From positions 186,001-250,000 of the forward strand of contig JAAOMT010000776.1 in NCBI GenBank assembly GCA_016748015.1: a DNA stretch of 64,000 bases, given 5' to 3'. The notes under the pieces were generated by a model. That model ran no database searches. It was not told where the DNA came from and worked only from the letters and a program-made list of their open reading frames with translations. Positions 53,078 to 64,000 of the stretch are shown here, piece by piece (position 1 is the stretch's first letter; each line of letters begins with the position of its first letter). Origin of the DNA: Geosiphon pyriformis uo1. Lineage: Eukaryota > Fungi > Glomeromycota. The translations under genes were made by a program, and so were the position numbers.

Positions 53078-56000
53078 TATTATCAGAGGTTTTTGGTCTC
53101 TTTTTTTGAATGTTGTTAATGTTGATATGCTTGAATTTACGTTTTCTGAAAGTAGTTAGACCTCCAGTAACTGAATTTATCTTCAAATTATCTCCTATAA
53201 TTTGAACTACTGGGCTTATGAGTGGAATGGCCAATTTCTTGCCAGTTACTTTATGTAGTTACATTGTAGTAAACATTAACTCTTTCCCAGAAATTGCTCA
53301 TCTGGAAGCTTACTAAAAATATGTAGTTACTTTGCTGTAAAAGTCAACTCTTCTACAAGAATCTCGTCTGTAGGCTACCCAAATGATTATAATAAGAAAA
53401 AAAAGAAAAATAAAAGAAATATAAAAAGAAATAGATTTTTATTAAGGGAAACGTTTTCTATCCAGGCCTGGAGTCACTAACAGATTATTGAAATTGGTAG
53501 TTAATCAATTTCAAAATGTTAGTTGTGTTGAGAGAATTTTAAGTGTAATAATTTAAGGATTTGGTTTTTGAATTTTGAATTTTTATTTGAATGTGTAAAA
53601 GGTAATTTGTTTTAATTAAGATATCTAAAGTAGAATGCTATAGTAAGATACTATGAGAAGATACATTTTCTTGAAGAGAGAAGCTCTTCTTTTATATAAC
53701 TTGCTGTAGTACTAATCTTTGAACTTGCACTTTTTTCTTTACTACAATTTGGGTGAACAAAAGATACATTTCAGCAAACTACAAGTTATTTCACTGAACT
53801 TTTAATTATTTCGGTCAATTTCCATTAATTTCGGCGAATTTTGACTATGTTAAATGGTTTAGAGTATTGTGTAATTTGATCATCTTAATTTCTAGAGTAC
53901 AAATCGAATTATTGATTGAATAATGATATTTGATAATTTGATTTAATAATAAGTGATAATCGAAATAATAATAGTATATGCTAATTAATAATAGGAATTA
54001 TGAGGGTAATTTCATGCTAATTAATAGCTAAATTCTGCTGGTAACATAATCTCCTCCTCAAGACTGAGCTCCATCGAAGTTCAAGCACTATCTGTGATGT
54101 TAAGATAGTAGTCCAAGATAATTGAAGTGATCTGGTCTGAAAATTGTTGAAATTTCAGTTCTGTGAGCTTTTTAATATATTGAATTTTCATTGGATGGAG
54201 TATTGGATTTTGTAGAACGTTTTCACAAATGTTGAATAAATCATAGAGTTTGACTGCTGCTCTAAGTTTGTAGCAAGTGTTTGTTGGTCCAGCTGCTGTC
54301 TTGAATTCATTGTGAATTTGTTTTTGTATAGTCTCAGGAGTGATGTTGGTTGCTTTAAGTTCTAGTTTTCGTTCATAAAGTGTTTTTCCAATATAAAAAT
54401 ATCTATATATAAGAGTATGTTTATTGTTCTGTTATTAAAGAATAGTAGAAGTTTTTGTTGAATTGTGGCATTTGGTGGAATGTCAATAGGGGCAATTAAA
54501 AGGTTTTCTTTCAGTGCTTGCTTCAAAAGTTCTGGTAACCTATTTTCAGAATGATCTCTTGTTTTTTTTCTATGGAGTAATAGTTCTGAGAATTATTTAC
54601 TACTAGGGCTGTGGTTTCTTTCTGAATGTAATTAATTTGACTTCTATTAATCGTTATGGATAAGTCAGGAAGTGTTTTCAAGGCTAACATTAATTTTTGG
54701 GATGTTTGTTGAATATTTCGGGGAATAATCATAATAAAATTGACTAATTAATAAAGAAGAAAAAAAAAAGAATAAAGAAAATTATTTTTGGGTATAGAGT
54801 TTTTATTTGTTTTTGGGTTTGAGTGTTTCTTGTAATTATTTACTATTTTTGTTTTTATGTTTGTATTTTTAGAAGAGATTATTAAAAATGTTAAATTAAG
54901 TGTTCAAGTTTGATTATTGTTTTATTATAACTATTGGTTCTAAATTTCGAAGAATATCTTTAGGATTAACTAAAGGGGAATGTGTACCAATTTGTGGAAT
55001 TAATGGTTTAGGATTGTTTTTGGAATAATAGTGTTTCAATCTATTTTCATGTGCAACTTTTGCTAGTACTTTGTTATCAAGTCTTAACTTGTATGATCTA
55101 TTGCCTAAAATTTTGTGAATATAAAATGGTCCATCCTATTTATGTTTAAATTTTCTATTCCATTGTTTTTCAGTCTTAGTTCTGTGTAAGAGAACTTTAT
55201 TTTCAACTTTAAATTTATTGGTAACTGGTGGCAGTTTGTTGTCATGTCTTTCTTTTTATAGGGCTTAAGAGTGTTCAATATGAGAGACTGCTATGTGTCT
55301 TTTTCCTTCCAATATACTAAGGAGAGTATAAGCTCTTCTTTGGAGTGTTTTTTGAAAGTTTTCTTTATTGATTGGTTGCACTGGGTATGTTTTTACTGTG
55401 AAATTAATTGGTAATGTTGCTGTCCTTCTATAAGTAAAATCAAATGATGTGTGTTTTGTAATATCTTGTTTTAGTGTTCTGTATACTAGTAACATTGATG
55501 GAATAAAAATATCTTATTCCTGCTCAAAATCTGTTGAAATTTTGGCTAAAAATTCACACAATGTTCTGTTGAAACATTCTACAAGTCTATTTGTTTGAGG
55601 GTAATAAGATGATAATAGAGATTTTTTAATCTTGAATTGTTCACAAATTTTTTGTATCAAGTTGTTCACAAAATGTGTTTCTTGATCTGATAAAAATTCA
55701 ATTGAGCATTCATGTCTACAAATAATGTCTTTATAGATGAAATTTGCTACTAATTTTGCATCTGCTCTTTGGATGGCTCTAGCTTCTGGCCATTTGGTGA
55801 GATAATCTACTACAACTGCAATATAACAATTTCCTTGGGTTGTGATAGGTAATAGTTCGATTAAATTAATTCCAACTTTGTCAAAAGGTTGTCCAACTTT
55901 AATTGGATTTAAAGATTCTGTAAGGTGAGTTCCTCCTCTTTTTTGACAACTATCACAAGATTCTATATATTGTCAAATGTTTTTTTGCATGTGGAACCAA

Positions 56001-59000
56001 AAATAATATTCAAGAGTTTTTTGAATTGTTCTATTTCTTCCTAAGTATGCTGAAGAAGGATCTGTATGTATGTTGTATAAAATTGTTTCTTTTTCATTTT
56101 TCTGTATTAATCTAAGTAATTGGTTTGGGTTTTTGCAATTTTTGTAATAGATTTTGTTATGGTATATGAAATATTGTTTGGATTAGTGTTGTAATCAATG
56201 TTTTTCACTTGGAAACCAATCTTTTAACATGATAAGAGTCTCCAAATAGTTTTTAAGGTTGTTGTAATTTGTGGAATCCATTGTTGTTTTGTTGTTTTGT
56301 TGATAGTAGTAAGTTGTAATAAATTTGTTGGTAGTGTTAATCTTGTCTTATTCTTGAGAAACCATCAACATTGGTATGTAGTTTTCCTGGTTTGTGATAT
56401 ACAACATATTTGTAGTCTATTAGGAAGTTATTTCATCAAGACTGTTTGGCATTTTGTTTAGTTTTCTTTTTATTGAGCCATTTGAGACCAATATTATCAG
56501 TTATAATATCAAATTTTTTTCCATTCTTTAAGTATTGTTGAAAATATTTGAAAGCCCAAATGACTATAGCAGTTTCTAGTTCAGTTGAGCCATATTTGAG
56601 TTCTGTTGATTTGAGTGTTCTACTAATATAGGCAATAACTTGTTTCTGGCCATTTTCATCTAATTGTGATAGGATGGCACCAAATGCTGTATGTGAAGCA
56701 TCAGTGACTAGTTGAAACTGTTTGTTAAAGTTTGGATAAACAAGAACTAAAGCTGTTGTCAATTTTGTTTTGAGGATTTCAAAAGCTTTTTGTTGTTCTT
56801 CAGTCCATTAATATGGGACATTTTTGTTGGTAAGATAATTGAATAGTTTGGCAATTTCTGAGAATTTTTTTATGAATTTTCGATAGTAGAAGGCTAATCC
56901 TACAAATCCTTGTAGCTCTGTGGTATTTTTGGAAGTTTGAAAGTTTTTGACAGCACTGATTGTTCTAGAGTTTGGTTTGACTTTATCTTTGCTAACAATG
57001 TGTTCAAAAAAGATTAAACTTGTTTTTCCAAAGTGATATTCCTCAATATTCAACTTTAATCCTGCTTTTCATAATCATTGAAAAACTTCTTACAGATAGA
57101 TAAGATAAGCTTCAAAGCTTGGTGAATATACATTAGTGCTATCAAGATAGACAACTACTGATTGCCATAAAAGTTCTTCATATACAACATTTATGAGTTG
57201 CTAAAATGTTGTTGGTATATTGCAAAATTCAAAAGACATAACATTGAACTCATAGTTTCCTTCTTGGGTGGTAAATGCTGTTTTGGATCGATCTTTTGTA
57301 TTCATTTCGACTTGCCAGTATCCACTTTTCAAGTCTAAAGTTAAGAAGAACTTGGCTTTTCCTAAAGCATCTAGCATGTTATCAATTCTTGGAAACAGGT
57401 AGGCATCTTCAATTGTTATGCTGTTGAGCTGATAATTTATACAGAATTTGATTTTTCCATTTTTTTTTTTAACAAGTACTACTGGTGAGGCCAAAGGACT
57501 TTTTGATGGTTAAATCAATTCGTTATTAAGCATTCTTTGGATCTTTTCTCTGATGAATTGGTGGCTAGCAGATAGAACTCAATAGGCTTGTTGTTATTTT
57601 GGTGAAACATCTCCTGTGTGGATCTAATGTTGAACAATATCAATTTTTCCAAAGTCATTGTTGTCTTTTATAAATATATTTGCAAATTCAGCTATTAGCT
57701 GTTTCAATTGTCTTTGTTGTTGAGATTCTAAGAGACCCATATTTATTTAAGAGAGTTTTTCTTCTAAAAGATAGTAGTTTTCAGTAGTAGTAATGATGTT
57801 CGGATTTGGACATAGTGTATGTCTTATAATTTTGATGAAATTAGAAACAATTTGAGAGTTTTCATCCTAAAAGATGTTACTGTGTATAATTCCAATCTCT
57901 AATTTCTTCAATAAGACAATAAGGTAATTATTGGGGTTATAGAATGTAACTCAAAATTTTTTCATTTCTTTGGGAATATAAATATTTGGAATTGAGATTT
58001 CATGCTTTAAACAGATTTGTTCATTGGATTCAAAGATTTGTTGGGTATTAGTAGGTTTTGAGCAGATGTAAATTTCATGATGTTTACCAAAAAGTGAAAT
58101 AGTAATTGGTTGGAGAAGTTGAAAAATCTGGTGAGATTCATTTTGTGTATTGAGAGCTATGTTTATTGGTACTGTAAATCGTCCAATTGAACCAAAATCT
58201 TGTATTTCTCTTTCACTTTTTCCCAATTGTTCTCTGTTGTTAACTAATTGTAAACCCAAAATGTTAATTAAGGGTAGGTAAATTGCTTGGGCAATTTTTT
58301 TGGCATGTTCAATCTTAAATGGTTTGTTTGTTTCATTCTGCAACATAATAATAATGTTTCCAGTATATCCTGCATCTATGACTTCTCCTCTAACATTGAT
58401 TTTTTTGCTTGCCAATGATAATCTGAATGCAATTTGAACCATTGCTCCAGGTGGAATTTTAAGAGCAATTTTGAGATTGATTTTTGTTAAGGACTTTTAT
58501 TGAAGGACTAAAATATCTTTTTCTGGATATTTTAAATCATATTCAGCATCAATTTCGTGTGCTTTTTCTGGTCTGATTCCTTGGCCATGGTTGTCGAAAT
58601 ATTTAAGTTTTAGAGGTAATTGATTTTTAAGAAGATAAATAGGGGTGGTTGGTAATTCTTTTATCAGTTCAGATACTTCAAATTCGATTTCATTTTTATT
58701 ATTCTTATCTGGCAAGGGAATGCTAAGAGCATAGCATTTTAAACACCATTGGTCATTACAAGGCATAACACATTCTTCACATAATTGAATGTTTATTTGC
58801 TCTAATTGTTGAATTTGAGCTTCTTTGATTAGATATGTATGACTTGTAATTTGGTGGTAGGTTTTTACTTTATCTTTATAATCAAATTCAGCTAATTCTA
58901 TGGTATACTCAATGTATTAAGTTTTTTTTATTTGGCAGACATCTTCTTGGGTGGCTCTATTGATTAATGCTATTGTTAAGTCAAAAATTATTTTAGCATC

Positions 59001-62000
59001 ATAAGAGTAGTGATAAAGTTTATTAAGAGCACTGTTGTATGCTGCATCAAATAGTGTTTCTCTTCTGACTTTTTCTGAAATTGATAGAGCATATTGACAG
59101 GTTTAAATACATACTTCTTCTTTCATTGCAACATCAATCCAGTTGCATTCTTCTGATAGTATATCTCCACATGTGAGACAAAGTGTGTTGTCTCATTTTC
59201 CACTTCTTTTTGGAAATCCAAATCGTTCTCTATGGCATGCTTTGCAGAAGTAACAGATGCGAGTTTCATATTTCTCTTTTGGAGAAATACAGACTCCCAT
59301 AAATGAAAGCTTTTTTTTGCAATCTTTGCATTTTAGTGGAATGTATGATGGTTTTTTTCATGATTCTGGTATGGAATACCAAACCTTCTTTCATCTTCTA
59401 GTTTCTTCAAAAATTTCTTGTTCTGTTTTCTTAGCCCAATTGAATGTTAATCCAAGAGCCATGTAGGTCTCAGTGAGTGACATTTTTTTTTTCTTCTCAA
59501 ATTCGAATACTGGGACTTTTTCTGATTATTTATTGAAAGTATTACAAGTAGTAGGGACTATAGTGTATTGTCCTTGGTATGAAATTTTTAGTTTCTGAGT
59601 TTTCCAGTCTAGATTTGCATTGGTCTTAAAAAGCCAATTATTTCTAACAAGAGCTTGGTATTGGGGTGCATCTATGACTAGAACTTTAACTAAAATGGTA
59701 ATTCCATCAATGATGAATGGAAAGTTGTCAATTTTTCCTACTGGTGTCTTTTTCATATTATTTGCTGTAACAATTACTGTTTGGACTGGTCTGTCAACAT
59801 TTCAATTGAGTTGTTATATTAATTAATAGGTAATGATACTCCCAACAAATCCACTATCTAGAATTAATTGGATAGGCTTTTTTTCTACTGTAGTTTTAGT
59901 ATACATGGCAGTAATAGTTTTTTGCTCATTAACTACTGCATTGCTAAGCAAAAATGGTGATTCATTTGCTTCAAATTCGAATGGAAATATATCTGAAAAG
60001 TTGGCATTTTGGGCAATTTGGGCTGGTAGAATAGTATTGTTGAAAGGGTTTGATTTTGGTGCTGCAATTTCATCTTCTGAAAGTGCAGTTTGTTGAAAAT
60101 CCGATTTTTTAGGCATTGTAAGATAACTGGGTTGAGTGTGATAGTGATTGGGTCTTTGCTAACCAGAATTTCAGGGAACCAACTAGTTATTTGGATTGAT
60201 TCTATTGTTGTTATTCTGAAATTGATTTTGATATGTGAATTGGTTATGTTGAACCAATCTTTAGGCTGGTATTTGGTATTGTTGTAGAGGTGGCTGTTGA
60301 TACTATTGGATGGATAAAGGTTGTTAATATTGCTGCTGTAGGGCAGGCTGATAGTAGTTGTTTTGCTGTTGGAGTCTTGAAGAATAGTAGGCTAGTGATA
60401 AAGGCTGATAATGAGATTGTTGTATTGAAAAGTAACACTAATTACTCCTGTTTTGTTGGTCTCTTTGTAGTTTTCTGCAATCTCATTTCCAATGTTCTAA
60501 GATTCCACAATAATAACAATTTTGAGATTGGTTGTTGGATGGTAATCCAAAATTGTTTTGGTTGCATTGTTGTGGTGATTGATAGCTTTGTGGTTGTTGC
60601 TGCTGTTGTTGTTGGTTGGTGAAATAGTTTTCAACCTTTTTTGTGAGTTGGTCTATTTTTTCTTTAGCTGTTAAGCTGGTTTCTTCAATTGCTAGGTTGA
60701 CAAGTTTGGTGTGGTTTGCTTCTTTCATTGCCATTTCATAATTTTTTGCATGTCTAATGACAGTGATTAGGTCTTTTGGAGCATGTGGATGAATTTTTTA
60801 ATAAGTTTGTCTTTTAATTCTGCTATAAACTGATCCAGAATCTGGGCATTGAAATAGTAGTCATTGGTTTCTTGTTTAATATTTTGAAAGCAATTGCAAA
60901 AAGTGATAGAGGTGTTGTTGTTAGTGAATTGTTGTAAGAAAGCATCTTTAAATGCTTGCCAGTTCCCAAATAGTTCTTCTAAGTTTTCAAACCATTCTCC
61001 TGCAGTTCCTTGGAGAAAGTATGGGATTGCTTTGAGCATTCTTGCTGTATTTCAACCATTTACATCTCCTGCTTTTTGAACTTTGTCAAGCCATTCTTGA
61101 AGACTAATATCATTGTCTTTACCAGTGAATTCTGGAATCTTTACAATATAAGCAGTTGTTATTTTTTCTTTGTTCTCTGTGGTTCCTTCTTGTTTTGATT
61201 CAGTTTCTTCACTTTCCAAGTTTCTGAATGATTACTTTTGTTTTCTTGTAAGTAATCAATAATATTGGTGCTTGTTGATATGGGTTTCTGCTGTTGAGTA
61301 AGATTTTTAAGTAACTGATAATCTTCTAGTCTGAAGAAACAGTTAAGTAGTGAATTTGGTGTTTGTGATCGAGCAAGTGAAATTAGAAATAGTGTAATAG
61401 AAAGTAGTAATTTGACACTGGTTCCTTGTTTAAGTGTTTGCAAGTATTTAGTAGTTGTTTTTGGTGTTTTTAAAGTATTTGGGATTATATTTGAGTGTTG
61501 TTTTAGTTTTTGTTTGCCTTTATTGCTTGTTTCTGTTTTTGATTTAAAGTCAATAGAGTATTTAGACTGTACTGGATATGTTTTTTCACAATACTTGATA
61601 ATATTAAAATTAAGTTCTTAGAAGTAAGTGGCAAAAGTTTCACTGTTAAGGTCTTTAGTTCTCAACTATGAATAATGCACTAAATTATTGTAAAGATTGC
61701 TTCTAACTTTTGAAATGTTGTAATCTCCAAGAAGATAATTGTTAATGTGGTTTTCAATGTATGAGTAAAGTGTCTTCTTAACAATTTCAATTCCATTTGG
61801 AATGTTGAATCTCTGCTTGCAATGGGTGTAAATTAATTGATAATACTCTAGAGTTGTTGTGTCTGGTGTGGTTGCCACTTTGAAGTTGTTATTGTTGTGT
61901 TATTTCTGTAGAAGAGCACCAAATGTTACTGAAGATTTTTGGTCTCTTTTCTTGAATGTTATTAATGTTGATTTGCTGTGAATTCACATTTTCTGGAAGT

Positions 62001-62476
62001 AGTTGGACCTCCAGTAACTGAATTTATCTTCAAATTATCTTCTATAATTTGAACTGCTGGGCTTATGAGTAAAATGGCCAATTCCTTGCCAGTTACTTTA
62101 TGTAGTTATGTTGTAGTAAACATCAACTCTTTCCCAAGAATTGTTTATCTGAAAGCTCACTAAAAATGTGTAGTTACTTTGCTGTAAAAGTCAACTCTTC
62201 TACAGGAATCTCGTCTGTAGGCTACCCAAATGATTATAATAAGAAAAAAAAGAAAAATAAAAGAAATATAAAAAGAAATAGATTTTTATTAAGGGAAACG
62301 TTTTCTATCCAGGCCTGGAGTCACTAACAGATTATTGAAATTGGTAGTTAATCAATTTCAAAATGTTAGTTGTGTTGAGAGAATTTTAAGTGTAATAATT
62401 TAAGGATTTGGTTTTTGAATTTTGAATTTTTATTTGAATGTGTAAAAGGTAATTTGTTTTAATTAAGATATCTAAA
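53078..62476 (-). mobile_element. Full-length Ty3/Gypsy LTR element E with dUTPase (5' LTR runs into a gap)
   Basis: 3' LTR 53078-54046; 5' LTR 61924-62476 and beyond; PBS TGGTGCTCTTCTACAG at 61906-61921. gag (CYYCGILEHWK..C), PR LILDSG, Cys block, dUTPase (GEVIDAGYTG, KKIAQAI), RT (SPVVLVKKK, LDLKSGYWQV, YLDST), RH (LVTDAS, ELETAIVIWA, ITDN), IN from ATG 56281, ORF3 54732-54058, PPT gaggaggaga. Confidence 0.94.
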
Positions 62477-63319
62477 NNNNNNNNNNNNNNNNNNNNNNNN
62501 NNNNNNNNNNNNNNNNNNNNNNNNNNNNNNNNNNNNNNNNNNNNNNNNNNNNNNNNNNNNNNNNNNNNNNNNNNNNNNNNNNNNNNNNNNNNNNNNNNNN
62601 NNNNNNNNNNNNNNNNNNNNNNNNNNNNNNNNNNNNNNNNNNNNNNNNNNNNNNNNNNNNNNNNNNNNNNNNNNNNNNNNNNNNNNNNNNNNNNNNNNNN
62701 NNNNNNNNNNNNNNNNNNNNNNNNNNNNNNNNNNNNNNNNNNNNNNNNNNNNNNNNNNNNNNNNNNNNNNNNNNNNNNNNNNNNNNNNNNNNNNNNNNNN
62801 NNNNNNNNNNNNNNNNNNNNNNNNNNNNNNNNNNNNNNNNNNNNNNNNNNNNNNNNNNNNNNNNNNNNNNNNNNNNNNNNNNNNNNNNNNNNNNNNNNNN
62901 NNNNNNNNNNNNNNNNNNNNNNNNNNNNNNNNNNNNNNNNNNNNNNNNNNNNNNNNNNNNNNNNNNNNNNNNNNNNNNNNNNNNNNNNNNNNNNNNNNNN
63001 NNNNNNNNNNNNNNNNNNNNNNNNNNNNNNNNNNNNNNNNNNNNNNNNNNNNNNNNNNNNNNNNNNNNNNNNNNNNNNNNNNNNNNNNNNNNNNNNNNNN
63101 NNNNNNNNNNNNNNNNNNNNNNNNNNNNNNNNNNNNNNNNNNNNNNNNNNNNNNNNNNNNNNNNNNNNNNNNNNNNNNNNNNNNNNNNNNNNNNNNNNNN
63201 NNNNNNNNNNNNNNNNNNNNNNNNNNNNNNNNNNNNNNNNNNNNNNNNNNNNNNNNNNNNNNNNNNNNNNNNNNNNNNNNNNNNNNNNNNNNNNNNNNNN
63301 NNNNNNNNNNNNNNNNNNN

Positions 63320-64000
63320 ATTACCAGAAGGGTGTTGTCCAGCAGAATCTGCCCTCACTTATTATATCAACGCCAGAATAAATTATCATATAGGAAAGGA
63401 AGAAGAACCACACGATGCAAAACTTGGATTGTATAGAGAATTATCACAATACACTACAAAAGAAGTAGCAGTAATAGCCGCAACTATTGTCAAAATCCAT
63501 CGAGAAATTGAGCAATACGCCAACAAAAATTTTCCAATATCCACAGGAAACACTAGGGAACGCACCAACCAAAGACCTACCTTCGAATTTGAGGAAAATC
63601 CAGCACTACCAGCCATCGAAACCTATCAGCTCTCTTGGGCTGATGACCAAAGAACAGGACTACCAGCCGTACCAACGTGGACCAGCGAAGAAAGATCCGA
63701 ATGGAACCAGGTAAGTTCACGAAGAAACCACCAGCGACGCAGACCAAAGCTAGAATGCTCAGTTTGCAAGAAGAAACTCTCGTCTATGACTGCGTGCAGC
63801 GCACCGGACGAAGACCCAAGAAACCCCACCCACTACTATTGTAACCGTTGTAACAAAGAAAAATACGGTTACCCAGAAAGACACGGAAAATGGGACGAGG
63901 AACCGTGCCTCGCTTGTGGAGAACCGTTACCAAGAGGGTGCGACTGGAACAACTTACCAGGCAGAGGAAGAACATGTGATGCAACTTGCCAATACACGAT
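63320..64000 (+). mobile_element. Second copy of family F (F2), internally deleted, continues beyond the window
   Basis: 63320-63565 matches 21471-21720 and 63565-64000 matches 22360-22798; the differences seen are all transitions. Confidence 0.9.

Noticed and set aside
60094-60110. GGATTTT as a gag-pol -1 frameshift site (also ~25820-25830 in C)
   Set aside because: In both E and C the gag tail and protease read in the same frame through this site, so no frameshift is needed.
59833-61621. Short plus-strand ORFs over element E, and similar antisense ORFs over B, C, F and the LINE
   Set aside because: They are shadow frames of gag/pol with no independent motifs.
62459-63358. 299-aa ORF in the track
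   Set aside because: It is almost entirely an N gap.

Overview
AT-rich eukaryotic, very probably fungal, DNA. A Glomeromycotina / arbuscular-mycorrhizal-type genome is inferred from composition, short GT-AG introns and the transposon repertoire. One intact host gene, an 11-exon DNA polymerase alpha subunit B (POL12/POLA2, 30072-32572, +), sits in a field of nested, C>T-hypermutated transposons. These comprise pieces of about ten Ty3/Gypsy-type LTR element copies (labelled A1, A2, B, C, D, E, F, F2, G, H), one full-length LINE (APE-RT-RNase H), a second LINE 3' fragment and a Tc1 DD34E element. The LTR families have mostly unrelated LTRs but share an unusual architecture: gag-PR-[Cys-rich multi-zinc-finger block]-dUTPase-RT-RNase H, a stop, a stand-alone GIN/Ginger-like integrase ORF, a conserved non-env ORF3, a conserved TTCGACGGAGCTCAAT box and the PPT, with TGTTA...TAACA termini and 4-bp TSDs. 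The least decayed two-LTR copy (F) keeps gag-PR-Cys-dUTPase but lacks RT/RH/IN. The LINE couples ORF1 to ORF2 through a TAATG overlap. Assembly artefacts are visible: a Nextera/Tn5 mosaic end at 27867-27884, a misplaced block between gaps, and a probably collapsed LTR segment. All alignments were done by eye, so boundaries of decayed domains are approximate.
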